The position numbers and the translations under genes were made by a program. A stretch of 64,000 nt of DNA, taken from an uncultured Solirubrobacterales bacterium (lineage in GTDB: Bacteria; Actinomycetota; Thermoleophilia; Solirubrobacterales; 70-9). Below the pieces are notes generated by a model. The model made no database searches. It was not told the origin of the DNA and saw only the letters and a program-made list of their open reading frames with translations. This document shows positions 18,164 through 27,651 of the stretch, one piece after another. The stretch covers positions 90,165 through 154,164 of the forward strand of contig CAVSGL010000005.1 of assembly GCA_963727465.1 (NCBI GenBank). Direction: 5' to 3'. Each line of letters opens with the position of its first letter. Position 1 is the stretch's first letter.

Positions 18164-18712
18164 CTACAGGTCGAGCGTGACCTCGGCCGGGCCTTCGGGG
18201 CCGGGGATCGAGAGCGTCAGGGGACGGTTCTCGGAAGCCGAGGCGGGAAGTTCGAAGAGCACGAGAGAGCCCTCGATCGGCCCCTGCTGCGGGGTCGAGT
18301 CGAGGACCGGGACCTGTTCCTGCGATTCGACTTCGCCGCCGAAGGGCAGCGCGTAGAGGCTTTCGCTCTCGATCGCGTCGAAGGTCTGGTGGCCGGCGTC
18401 GGTGATCGTGAACGAGTCGGCCAGGGTCTGCGGCTCTTCGCTCTCGTTCTGGACTTCGAGGAAGACGCCGAAGTAGTTGTGCGCGTCCTCCGGCGGCGGC
18501 TGGCCGACCAGGTAGGCCGAGTCCTCGTTGTCCTTCGGGTTGAGGAAGCGCGAGAAGACGACGTTGTACTGGAGCTCGCCGAGCTTCACCGGCTCGCCCT
18601 CGGAAACGTCCTTCGAAGTGCTCGACCAGCCGCAGGCCGAGAGCGCAAGGGCGCTCGCCGCGAGCAGCAGCAGGGCGAACAGCGACAGGGCGTTTCGGCG
18701 GTGGCGGGCCAT
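18164..18712 (-). CDS. secreted lipoprotein, DUF4352-like beta-sandwich
   Basis: Signal peptide plus lipobox LALSAC. Confidence 0.75.
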   Translation of the reverse strand: MARHRRNALSLFALLLLAASALALSACGWSSTSKDVSEGEPVKLGELQYNVVFSRFLNPKDNEDSAYLVGQPPPEDAHNYFGVFLEVQNESEEPQTLADSFTITDAGHQTFDAIESESLYALPFGGEVESQEQVPVLDSTPQQGPIEGSLVLFELPASASENRPLTLSIPGPEGPAEVTLDL

Positions 18713-18751
18713 CGGCGGCGGGGAGTCTATAAAGGCGCTCGGCAGCCTGTC

Positions 18752-19270
18752 CTACGGGATGCCGGTCGCGTGGGGATTGCCGCCGGCGACGGCGAGCGGC
18801 GCGGGGGCAGCGGCGTCGTTCTCGAGCTGCTCGCGCAGCCGGCGCAGCGCCTCGCGCCAGCCGCGCCGGGCGGCGCCGGCGGAGCCGGAGAGCGCCTCCA
18901 ATGCGCGGTCGAGCGGGTTCGCGGGCTCGGTCCAGTGCGAGACCCGGACCGTGGTCAGCGAGCCGCCGCCCTCGGTCAGCTCCCACACGGTCGTCGCCGG
19001 GATGCGATTGGCGCGGCCGCCGCGGCCGCGCTCGACCAGCCTGTGGGGCGGGTCCTGCTCGGCGATCGCCGTGTCCATCCAGACGGAACGCCGGCGCGTG
19101 CCGGTGCGAAAGCGGGCGCCGGCGCCGGCGCCGCTCGACTCGATCCGGGTCAGGTGGAAGCCGGAGAGAAAGTGGTCGGTGAAGGAGGGGCGCCTGGCGA
19201 GGTCGGAGATCGCCGCGAAGGCGCGCTCGCGGGGGACGTCGATCTCGATCTCTGCGCTGACGGGCCCCAT
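18752..19270 (-). CDS. SRPBCC (START/polyketide-cyclase-like) family protein
   Basis: N-terminal IEIDVPRERAFAAISDL pattern and the length are typical of SRPBCC proteins. Confidence 0.75.
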   Translation of the reverse strand: MGPVSAEIEIDVPRERAFAAISDLARRPSFTDHFLSGFHLTRIESSGAGAGARFRTGTRRRSVWMDTAIAEQDPPHRLVERGRGGRANRIPATTVWELTEGGGSLTTVRVSHWTEPANPLDRALEALSGSAGAARRGWREALRRLREQLENDAAAPAPLAVAGGNPHATGIP

Positions 19271-19366
19271 GCGAGGGCCGCGATTCTATGCGCTGCGGGA
19301 AAACCCGGATGCCCGAGAAAATGCGAGAAGTTACGATCCTCTGGCAAACTCCGCAGGGAAGGAGCG

Positions 19367-19942
19367 ATCATCGCCACCAGTCTCACCCCCGCCCCCGCCT
19401 CCGAGAGCTACGAAACCGGGTCGTTCCCGGGTCCCGGCACCTACTTCTGCATCGAGTGCGGCTCGCAGCTCGCGCTGCACGAGGACGACGCCCTGCCGCT
19501 CTGCCCGCGCTGCGGCGCCTCGAGCTTCCGGCTCGACTCGATCTTCGAGCCGATGCAGGAGCACGGCGAGACGACGCTCGAGTTCGACGCCACCGACGAG
19601 GCGGCCTCGACGCGCTGGCTGCGCGCCCGGCGCGCCGAACTCCCCGCCGGCAGCCTTCACCTGGTCTGCCGCGAGGCGGACGGCGAGCTGCTCGACTTCG
19701 AGATCGAGGAGGGCTGGACCAGGATCGGCCGCAGCATCGCCGCCAACATCCAGCTCGACGACCCGAGCGTCTCCCGCCGCCACGCCCTCGTCGTCTCCGA
19801 ACCGGGAGAGCCATTGCGGGTGCTCGACGACCGCAGCCTCAACGGCGTCTTCGTCAACGGCGAGCTGGTCGAGTGGGGCAAGCTGGCCGACGGCGACGAG
19901 TTGACGATCGGCCGCTACCGGTTATTTGCGCTCGAAGGGTGA
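19367..19942 (+). CDS. zinc-ribbon + FHA domain protein; start codon unclear (possibly ATC)
   Basis: CIECG...CPRCG zinc ribbon. FHA core TRIGRS...DDPSVSRRHALV...DDRSLNGVFVNG. GGGAAGGAG SD at 19356-19364, but no ATG, GTG or TTG in frame nearby. Confidence 0.75.
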   Translation: MIATSLTPAPASESYETGSFPGPGTYFCIECGSQLALHEDDALPLCPRCGASSFRLDSIFEPMQEHGETTLEFDATDEAASTRWLRARRAELPAGSLHLVCREADGELLDFEIEEGWTRIGRSIAANIQLDDPSVSRRHALVVSEPGEPLRVLDDRSLNGVFVNGELVEWGKLADGDELTIGRYRLFALEG

Positions 19943-19943
19943 A

Positions 19944-20047
19944 CGGGGAGGGAGGGTGTCCCCTCCGAAAACCCGCATAGATACGGCCTGACGGGTTCTT
20001 GCCTGGAAGGGCTCCAATGTTTTCTCCGGGGACACCCTCCCTCCCCG
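19944..20047. repeat. 20-bp perfect inverted repeat flanking a 64-nt spacer (MITE/REP-like or long hairpin)
   Basis: CGGGGAGGGAGGGTGTCCCC (19944-19963) is the exact reverse complement of 20028-20047. Extra GAAAAC/GTTTTC pairing lies inside. Confidence 0.8.
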
Positions 20048-20098
20048 GGTTGACCGACATGCGCAAATTCCGGCCTACGGCCTTCGTAGAGTTGGGGC

Positions 20099-20467
20099 AT
20101 GGACTCGATGCAAGATCCTTCGGTGGCGGCCGAGCAGGCGCGGCAGCGGCTGCACGAAGAGATCGAGCGGGTGCGCAGCGGCGTCGAGGAGATGCTCGCC
20201 GAGCAGGGCGACGACCACGACCATGCCGAGCTGCGCAGGGAGCTCGCAGAGATCCGCAAGGAGAGCAAGCGCTACGTCAAGAAGCGCGTAGCCAAGGCCG
20301 AGCGCCGCACCAACAAACGCCTCGGCGCGATCGAACGCCGTATCGACCAGGTCGAGCAGGACCGCCAGCACGCCGAGTGGCGCATCCACACGAACACCGA
20401 GCAGATCCTCGACGGCCTGCTCAAAGAGGTACGAGCCATCGCGGATCTCCTAACCCGCGTGAAGTAG
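20099..20467 (+). CDS. hypothetical coiled-coil protein (122 aa)
   Basis: Clean ORF with highly charged heptad-like sequence. Confidence 0.6.
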   Translation: MDSMQDPSVAAEQARQRLHEEIERVRSGVEEMLAEQGDDHDHAELRRELAEIRKESKRYVKKRVAKAERRTNKRLGAIERRIDQVEQDRQHAEWRIHTNTEQILDGLLKEVRAIADLLTRVK

Positions 20468-20473
20468 GCGCGC

Positions 20474-23400
20474 CTACTCCGTGGAGATGGACGGATCCGC
20501 CTGCACCTTGTGCGGGACGACCATGAGGAAGTTCTGCGCGGCGTCGGCGGCCAGGGAGCCGATCCGCTCGGCCTCCTCGTCCTGTCCGGTGGCGCGCAGC
20601 TCCTCGGCGTAGTGGCCGAGCAGGTCTTCGACGTCGAGGCGGCCCTCGTCGTCGATCTCCTTGAGCTCGACTTTGGCGCCCTCGCCCAGCCGCGCCTGGA
20701 TCGCGTCGCGGTCGATGCCGAAGGCGTTGTGGCGCACGTAGACGCGCCCGCCGGTCATCCCGGCGCAGGCCCAGGGGCCGAGGTCGCCGAGCACGATCGC
20801 CCGGCCCGAGGTCATGTACTCGAAGGCGAAGCCCTTGGCGTTGGCGCGGTCGACGAGGCAGCCGCGGCTGTCGTCCAGATCCTCCTCCGGCTCGCCGCCG
20901 AGCACGACGTCGGCGCCGGAGAGGCGGATGCAGAAGCGCGAGTCGGCCGAGCCCTGGACGAAGAGGCGGCCGCGCTGGGCGCCGTAGGCGAAGGACTTGC
21001 CGACCGAGCCGTTGAGCCGGCGGCCCTTGGCGCCCTCGCCCTTGAGCACGGCCACGGTGCCGCCCAGCATCGTCTTGCCGACGCCGTCCTGGGCGCCGCC
21101 CTCGACCCGGATCGAGACGCCGTATGAGTTGAAGGCGCCGAGCCCCTGGCCGGCGACCGAGCCGCCGTTGAACTCGAGGTCGGCGAGCACGTCCTCGTTC
21201 GACTCGGGGCCGCCGTCGAAGATGCGGGCGCGGGCGATCGCCCCGGAGAGCTCGGTGCCGAGCACGCGGTCGTTGGCGTCGGTGGCGCGCGGGAAGCGGC
21301 TGGTCACGGTGCCGCCGCCGGAGCAGACTTCGCCGGCGAGGCCGGCGATCTGCGCCGAGGCCTGCTTGGCCTCCATGCGGATCGGACGGGCGACGACGAG
21401 GCCGGCCTCGGCCCGCTCCTCGGCGATCTCCTCGGCCACCGGCAGGTCGAGCGGCTCGAGGTCGAGGAACTCCTCCAGCGGCGTGATCAGCGGCGCCAGG
21501 TCGATCTGCTCGTGGTGGGAGACCTGCTCGAGCAGGTCGTAGCGGCCGACCAGGTCCTGGGCGCGCTCGTAGCCGAGCGAGGCGACGACCTGCTTGACCT
21601 CCTCGCCCATCGCCGCGAAGAAGCGGGCGCAGCTCTCCGCCGCCAGGTCGACCTCCTGCGGGGTGAACTTCTTCAGCCCGTGCTCCTGCGCCTGCTCGGT
21701 CGTCTCGATCTGGGTGGCGATGCCGACGTGGCAGGTGTCGAGCTGGCAGCCGCGGCAGATCGTGCAGCCGAGGCTGACCATCGCCAGAGTGCCGAAGCCG
21801 ACCCGGTTGGCGCCGAGGCAGTGCAGCTTGACGACATCGTGGCCGGTGCGGTAGCCGCCGTCGGCCCAGATCTCGACCCGGTTGCGCAGCCCGGCCTCCA
21901 TCAGCGCCCGGTGCACCGCGCGGGTGCCGACGTCCGAGGGCAGGCCGACGTGGCGCAGGGCGTGCTGGCGGGCGGCGCCGGTGCCGCCCTCGAAGCCCGA
22001 GAGGGTGATGATGTCGGCACCCGCCTTGGCGATCCCGAGGCCGATCGTGCCGATGTTCGGCACGACCGGGACCTTGACCGAGACGCGCACGTCGGGGTTG
22101 ACCGTCTTCAGCTCGTCGATCAGCTCGGCCAGGTCCTCGATCGAGTAGAGGTCGTGGTTGTTGGAGGGCGAGATCAGGTCGGTGCCGGGCGCGGCGTTGC
22201 GCGCCGCGGCGACCTTCTCGGAGACCTTCTTGCCGGGCAGGTGGCCGCCCTCGCCGGGCTTGGCCCCCTGGCCGATCTTGATCTCGGCGACGTAGGAGGA
22301 GTTGATCATCTCCGCCGAGACGCCGAAGCGTCCCGAGGCGACCTGCTGGCCGCGCCACTTGCGGTACTGCCCGTACATGTCGCGGATCTCGCCGCCCTCG
22401 CCGTTGACGCAGAGCACGTTGATCGCCTTCGCCGCCTCCGCGTAGGCGCGGAACGCGGGCTCGGACTGCGAGCCGAAGCTCATCGAGGAGATCACCACGG
22501 GGTAGTCGTGGTGGCCGACTCCGGCGTCCACGGACGAGGCGTCGGCGAGCGGCTCGCGGTCCCCCTTGAGCCCCATGATGTGGCGCATCGAGATCGGGTT
22601 CTGGGCCTCCAGGTCGCGCACCTTCTCGCTGTATTCGGCGTAGTCGCCGGAACCGTTGGCGGTCGCGATCGCCGCCTTGTAGACCTTGGGGTAGAAGCGG
22701 AAGGTCTTGGCCGGTTTCGCCGCCTCGTCGCCGCTGAGGATGCGGGCGCGCTCGTTGGCGCTCTCGTCGAGCCCGGCGAAGCCGATGCCGCCCCTCTCGG
22801 AGGCGGCGAAGGCCTCGGTCTGGAAGATCTCGGCGAGCTCGGGCCGCACGCCGATCGAGGAGAACTGGCGGGCGTAGCCGCGCACCTCGTGGATGCCGAT
22901 CGTCGAGATCACTTTCTCGATCCCCTTGGCCAGCGCCGCGCAGAGGTTGCCGATGTCGGTCTGGTAGTCCTCGACGCAGATCACCTCGACCATCGTGTAC
23001 GGGCAGACGCCGTTGGCGCCGAGGCCGAGGGCCAGCATCGTGTCGTGGACGTTGCGGATCGCCGCCGAGCGCAGGACGATGCCGCAGCGCCGTCGCAGGT
23101 TGTCTTCCCCCGGTTCGAGCTTGAACTGCTTCAGCGCCTGGTCGACGGCGGAGACGGCGAGGTGCGGGTCGAGGAAGCGCCGCTCGCCGTCGTAGACGGT
23201 GCGGTCGGTGAGCACCAGCAGCTCGGCCCCGTCGCGGACCTTCTTCACCGCCTCCTGCTTGATCCGTTCGACCGCGCCCTTGGTCGTCTCCGACTCGAGC
23301 AGCGAGATGTCGACCGCGTCGGCGCGGCCGCGGAACTCCTCCCAGAGGTCCTCGAGCAGGTAGGTCTGGTTCTCGCGCGCGATCTTGCGGTAGGTCTTGT

Positions 23401-25156
23401 CGGAGAGCGGCGCCATCCCGTGGTGGCCGCCGAGGATCACCGGGAACGAGGTCTCGACCGTGCCCGTGTCCTCGCCGGCGGCGCCGATCGAGGGGCGGCG
23501 GCCGAAGACCGAGCGGGTCGAGAAGTGCTCCATCTCGCGCTCGCGGTCGATCGCCGGGTTGGTGACGACGGCGACCGTCTCCTTGAAGTAGTCGGCGAGG
23601 TTCTGGCGCTCGGGCGAGAGCGCCGCCAGCGGGCCGTCGTAGCCGAGCGAGCCGACCGGCTCGGCCCCGTTGGAGGCCATCTGCTGGACAAGTTTGACGT
23701 CGTCGCGCTGCCAGCCGAAGCCGGCGAGGATGCGGTCCTCGACCTTGACCGGCTCTTCGGGACCGGCGTCGGAGTAGCCGGGCACGTCGCCGCCCTCCAG
23801 CGGCCCGCCGGTCTCCAGCGCGCGGTCGTAGGCCGCCGCCTCCTCGGCTCCGTTGCGGGCCAGCCAGCGGTCGCGCACGATGCGCAGCATCTCCGCGTGC
23901 GGGCGCAGGGTCGAGCGACGCGCCTCGCGGTCGATCTCGACCAGCGCCTTCTCGCCCGGGGCGAGCGGCTTCGGCTCGGAGACCATCTCGGCGACGGCGA
24001 CGACGCCCGGCTCGGAGCTGAAGACGAAGTCCTCGCCGGTCTCCACCTGCCACAGCGGCCGCAGGCCGAGCGCGTCGGCGGAGAAGGCGCACTCGTCGCC
24101 GTGGCGGGCGATCAGCGCCACCGGGCCCTGGGCGAAGGGGCCCATCGCCTGGCGCAGGTACATGTAGAAGCGGTGCAGGTCCTCGGGCAGCGAGCGGATC
24201 TCGTTGACGATCGGCGGCACGACCATCTCCATCGCCTCGGCGAGGCTGAGCCCGTCGCGGTTTACCAGGGTGGCGATCGTGCGGTTGAGGTCCTGCGAGT
24301 CCGAGGAGCCGGGCCGGATCGGCACCCCGAGCATGCGCGCCTCCTGGCGCAGCTGCGCGATCGTGTTGATCTCGCCGTTGTGGCCGAGCACCGAGAACGG
24401 CTGCACCCGTTTGAACGAGGGCCAGGTGTTGGTCGAGTAGCGGTTGTGGCCGAAGGCGCCGATCGTCTCGAAGCGCTCGTCGCGCAGGTCCGGGTAGTAC
24501 TCGCCGAGCACCTTCGGCGCCCCCATCACCTTGTAGACGCAGACCGTCGCCGAGATCGAGGGGACGTGGACGTCGAGCTCGCGCTCGAGCTCGATCAGCA
24601 GGTCGAAGAGCACGCGGTCGCGGTGGGCGGCGTCGGCGACGAGGCCGCCGATCTGCCAGAAGTGGGGCTCCTCCTCGCGCGCGGTCGGTCCCAGCGCCGG
24701 CGAGTCGACCGCGCCGATGCGCTCGGCGAGGATGCGGAAGCCGCCCTGGCCGAGCAGCTCGCGGGCGTCGTGCTGGACCTTCTCGAGGTCCTGCGAGCGC
24801 TCGACGAAGACGTGGGCGACGGCGAAGGCGTCGTCGAGGGTGAGCGAGGGGTCGTGGCCGCCGGCGCGGACCTCCTCGGCCCAGATCCTGCGCGGGATGT
24901 CGACCAGCAGACCGCAGCCGTCGCCCTCGCCGTCGACGTTGCCGGCGCGGTGCAGCATCTTCTGAAGCGCCGGGATCGCCCGCTGCACCGGCTCGTGGCT
25001 CGGCGTCGCGTCCTTGCGCACCGAGGCGTAGATCGCGCAGGCGTCCTTGTCCTCGACGCTGGGCGGCGATACGAGCGGCCTGTAGGGACGCTCCGGCGAG
25101 TAGCGGAGCGGGGCGCCGCTCTCGCCGTGAAGCTCACGGGACTGGGTATCGGACAT
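20474..25156 (-). CDS. gltB: glutamate synthase large subunit
   Basis: About 1560 aa with an N-terminal amidotransferase, central FMN/Fe-S region and C-terminal GXGXG domain (recognised by length and many conserved blocks). ATG 25156 sits 5 nt after GGGAGG. Confidence 0.9.
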   Translation of the reverse strand: MSDTQSRELHGESGAPLRYSPERPYRPLVSPPSVEDKDACAIYASVRKDATPSHEPVQRAIPALQKMLHRAGNVDGEGDGCGLLVDIPRRIWAEEVRAGGHDPSLTLDDAFAVAHVFVERSQDLEKVQHDARELLGQGGFRILAERIGAVDSPALGPTAREEEPHFWQIGGLVADAAHRDRVLFDLLIELERELDVHVPSISATVCVYKVMGAPKVLGEYYPDLRDERFETIGAFGHNRYSTNTWPSFKRVQPFSVLGHNGEINTIAQLRQEARMLGVPIRPGSSDSQDLNRTIATLVNRDGLSLAEAMEMVVPPIVNEIRSLPEDLHRFYMYLRQAMGPFAQGPVALIARHGDECAFSADALGLRPLWQVETGEDFVFSSEPGVVAVAEMVSEPKPLAPGEKALVEIDREARRSTLRPHAEMLRIVRDRWLARNGAEEAAAYDRALETGGPLEGGDVPGYSDAGPEEPVKVEDRILAGFGWQRDDVKLVQQMASNGAEPVGSLGYDGPLAALSPERQNLADYFKETVAVVTNPAIDREREMEHFSTRSVFGRRPSIGAAGEDTGTVETSFPVILGGHHGMAPLSDKTYRKIARENQTYLLEDLWEEFRGRADAVDISLLESETTKGAVERIKQEAVKKVRDGAELLVLTDRTVYDGERRFLDPHLAVSAVDQALKQFKLEPGEDNLRRRCGIVLRSAAIRNVHDTMLALGLGANGVCPYTMVEVICVEDYQTDIGNLCAALAKGIEKVISTIGIHEVRGYARQFSSIGVRPELAEIFQTEAFAASERGGIGFAGLDESANERARILSGDEAAKPAKTFRFYPKVYKAAIATANGSGDYAEYSEKVRDLEAQNPISMRHIMGLKGDREPLADASSVDAGVGHHDYPVVISSMSFGSQSEPAFRAYAEAAKAINVLCVNGEGGEIRDMYGQYRKWRGQQVASGRFGVSAEMINSSYVAEIKIGQGAKPGEGGHLPGKKVSEKVAAARNAAPGTDLISPSNNHDLYSIEDLAELIDELKTVNPDVRVSVKVPVVPNIGTIGLGIAKAGADIITLSGFEGGTGAARQHALRHVGLPSDVGTRAVHRALMEAGLRNRVEIWADGGYRTGHDVVKLHCLGANRVGFGTLAMVSLGCTICRGCQLDTCHVGIATQIETTEQAQEHGLKKFTPQEVDLAAESCARFFAAMGEEVKQVVASLGYERAQDLVGRYDLLEQVSHHEQIDLAPLITPLEEFLDLEPLDLPVAEEIAEERAEAGLVVARPIRMEAKQASAQIAGLAGEVCSGGGTVTSRFPRATDANDRVLGTELSGAIARARIFDGGPESNEDVLADLEFNGGSVAGQGLGAFNSYGVSIRVEGGAQDGVGKTMLGGTVAVLKGEGAKGRRLNGSVGKSFAYGAQRGRLFVQGSADSRFCIRLSGADVVLGGEPEEDLDDSRGCLVDRANAKGFAFEYMTSGRAIVLGDLGPWACAGMTGGRVYVRHNAFGIDRDAIQARLGEGAKVELKEIDDEGRLDVEDLLGHYAEELRATGQDEEAERIGSLAADAAQNFLMVVPHKVQADPSISTE

Positions 25157-25248
25157 CTCCACCTCCCGGTTTCCGCGCCTTCTTCGAGCGGGCGCGCGAC
25201 GGGTTTGCAGGTTGCCGGATTATAGGGCGAGACCGCACCACCCCCAAG

Positions 25249-25293
25249 CGCGGTCGAGTTTATCGCCGCATAGCGGGGAAAACCTCTACCGCG
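25249..25293. repeat. REP-like palindromic element, degenerate copy (family copy A)
   Basis: CGCGGTCGAGTTTATC-N12-GAAAACCTCTACCGCG. Related to the copies at 42471 and 50345, including the loop core CATAGCGG. Confidence 0.6.
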
Positions 25294-25302
25294 GTCGGTC
25301 GG

Positions 25303-25677
25303 TCAGGCCCAGCCCATCGGCTCGTAGCCGCCCTCGGGCTGGACGCCGATCAGCAGGGCGGTGACGGGGGCGTCGGAGCGGTTGAGGATCGTGCGCGTCG
25401 CCGGCGGCTCGATCGAGGCGAAGGTGCCGGCGGGCGCCGGGTGCTCCTCGCCCTCGATCTTGAACACCGCGTCCCCTTCGAGGATCGCGTAGAGCTCGAC
25501 CTGGCCGCTCTCGGCCTCGTCGTGCTCGGGAATCTGGCCGCCGGGGCCGATCTCGACCAGGTTGAAGCCGAAGGCGGAGGTGCCGAGCGCCTTGCGCGCG
25601 AGCTTCCAGGTCGCCTCGCCCGAGCCCTCCATCGACTCGAACTCGTCGCGGTGCTTGATCGTGTAGCCGCCGGCCAT
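25303..25677 (-). CDS. cupin domain protein
   Basis: Small protein with the G.IPEHDE....ELYAILEG cupin motif pattern. Confidence 0.8.
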   Translation of the reverse strand: MAGGYTIKHRDEFESMEGSGEATWKLARKALGTSAFGFNLVEIGPGGQIPEHDEAESGQVELYAILEGDAVFKIEGEEHPAPAGTFASIEPPATRTILNRSDAPVTALLIGVQPEGGYEPMGWA

Positions 25678-25682
25678 CTCGC

Positions 25683-26714
25683 TCAGCCTCCCAAGCTCGG
25701 TTCGAAGGCGTTCCTGGCGAGCACCTTCGGCCTGCCGTGGGGGTAGGGGACGGTGCCGATGTTGTTGCCGGGACCCGGTTCGAAGCCGCGGGTCGAGCCG
25801 ATCACGCGCTTGCCGTCGGCGGTGAAGCCGGTGCCGATGAAACCCTGCTCGGTCGCTTCGACCAGCGGGCGCTGGGCGCCGGTCCTCGGGTTGACCGCGA
25901 CCGCGTAGGTCAGGTCCTGGCCGCCGAACTGGGCGAGCAGGCGGTTGCCGGAAGGCGACCAGGCAGTCGGCGCAAGGCCGACGGCGAGCGGGCTTACCCT
26001 GGTGCGGGTGAGGCGCCTGACCTGCTTCCCGGCCGGGTTCATCAGGTAGAGCTCGTTCTTGGGGCCGTACCTGCGCTGCTTCGCGCCGAGCTGCCTGGCG
26101 AAGACGATCTTGCCGTTCGGCCCCCAGACCGGATTGGTCGAGCGATGGTCCCGAGTGAGGCGGACCGGGTTGCCGGCCTCGGTGCCGAATCGGAAGACGT
26201 CGCTGCGCGGGGGATACCTTTCGTTTGGGGCGCGCCCGTAGACGAGCTGCCCGCCGTCGGGATCGAAGCTGACGCCGTTGAAGTAACCCCTGGCGATGGT
26301 GCGCTGGGCGCCGGTAACGGTGTCGATCAGGGCGAGGCGCTGCTTGCCGAGATCGGGACCGAGCACCGCCGCAACCGACTTCGAGTCGGGCGACCAGGCG
26401 AAGACGTAGGGATTGCGCCAGCCCTTGACCAGCGTGCTCGGCGGGGCGCTGCGGTCGGCCGGCGCCAGCACCAGTTCCGGCTGCGCCCTGCGCCCGTTCC
26501 CTTCGTGCATCAGGGCGACGATCTGCCCGTCGGGCGAGACCCGCGGGTTCGACCCGGCAAGGAGCTTGTGCGCCTGCTTGCCGTTGTCGTTCGCCACCCA
26601 GACCTGGGGGTTGAACGGCTTGCGCACGAAGGCGAGCGTCGCGTGGGCAGTCCCCGGGAGCGCGAGGACGGCGGTGGACAGAGCGGCGAGGACGACCAGC
26701 TTGAGCTTTTGCAC
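25683..26714 (-). CDS. secreted PD40/TolB-like beta-propeller protein
   Basis: Signal peptide. Repeated SPDG/WSPDS/FDPDG blade motifs. Confidence 0.75.
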   Translation of the reverse strand: MQKLKLVVLAALSTAVLALPGTAHATLAFVRKPFNPQVWVANDNGKQAHKLLAGSNPRVSPDGQIVALMHEGNGRRAQPELVLAPADRSAPPSTLVKGWRNPYVFAWSPDSKSVAAVLGPDLGKQRLALIDTVTGAQRTIARGYFNGVSFDPDGGQLVYGRAPNERYPPRSDVFRFGTEAGNPVRLTRDHRSTNPVWGPNGKIVFARQLGAKQRRYGPKNELYLMNPAGKQVRRLTRTRVSPLAVGLAPTAWSPSGNRLLAQFGGQDLTYAVAVNPRTGAQRPLVEATEQGFIGTGFTADGKRVIGSTRGFEPGPGNNIGTVPYPHGRPKVLARNAFEPSLGG

Positions 26715-26769
26715 CGGTCGATCGTATTACCGCGAGCGGCCCACGTCGAGGGCGGGCCGGACGACCGTC

Positions 26770-27651
26770 CTACAACTCGGGCACGTCGGCGCCGTGCGGG
26801 GTGAAGGGGACGCGGCGGACGTCGGCCCAGCCGGCGCAGCGGGTTTCCAGCTCGGCGCTGACCTTGCCGGCGTCCTGCCAGGTGGTCCAGACGAGGACGG
26901 TGGGCCCGGCGCCGGAGATCGTCGCGCCGAGCGCGCCGAGCTCGCGGGCGGACTCGACCAGCTCGATCGAGCGCGGGTAGAGGTCGCGCCGGCGCGGCTG
27001 GTGGATGCGGTCGACGAGGCCGGAGGCCAGCAGGTCGAGGTCGGCGCCCCGCAGGCCGAGGACGAGGCGCGAGGCGGCGGCGACGTTGGCGACGGCGTCC
27101 TCCAGCGGCAGCTCGGCCGGAATCGCCTCGCGAGCGCGCTCGGTCGGCACCTCCTCGTCGGGGACGACGAGGATGCCCTCGAGGCCGTTGGGTGGATCGA
27201 AGCGGGCGGCGCGCGGGGCGCCCTCCGGATCGCGATCGCAGACGACGAAGCCGCCGTAGATCGCCGCGGCGACGTTGTCGGGATGTCCCTCGAGCTCGCT
27301 CGCGCGGACGAGCAGCTCCTCGTCGCTCAGCGCCAGCTCGTAGAGATGGTCGGCGGCGACCAGGCCGGCGACGATCGCCGCGGCGCTGGAGCCGAGCCCG
27401 CGACCGAGCGGGATCGCCCGCCCGAGGCGGAAGGCGATGCCGTCGGCGGAGTGCAGGGTCTCGAAGGCCCGCACCAGCAGGTTGTCGCGGCCCGTGGGCA
27501 GCTCGAGGTCGCCCGGGTCGAAGCAGAACTCGCCCGTCTCCTCAACCTCGAGCTCGAGAAAGAGGTCGAGCGCCGCCGCCATCACGTCGTAGCCCGGCCC
27601 GAGGTTGGCCGAGGAGGCGGGCACGCGGACGAGCCGCCGGCGCGCGGTCAC
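26770..27651 (-). CDS. thrB: homoserine kinase
   Basis: VPASSANLGPGYD and GLGSSAA GHMP-kinase motifs. GTG 27651 sits 8 nt after GGGAGG. The track ORF (to 28032) is an upstream read-through. Confidence 0.85.
   Translation of the reverse strand: MTARRRLVRVPASSANLGPGYDVMAAALDLFLELEVEETGEFCFDPGDLELPTGRDNLLVRAFETLHSADGIAFRLGRAIPLGRGLGSSAAAIVAGLVAADHLYELALSDEELLVRASELEGHPDNVAAAIYGGFVVCDRDPEGAPRAARFDPPNGLEGILVVPDEEVPTERAREAIPAELPLEDAVANVAAASRLVLGLRGADLDLLASGLVDRIHQPRRRDLYPRSIELVESARELGALGATISGAGPTVLVWTTWQDAGKVSAELETRCAGWADVRRVPFTPHGADVPEL

Noticed and set aside
20464-20477. 14-bp perfect palindrome GTAGGCGCGCCTAC containing both convergent stop codons; likewise the shared CTAG at 63253-63256.
   Set aside because: It has no loop and so cannot form a hairpin. 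It is most simply a by-product of two abutting stop codons and was not treated as functional.
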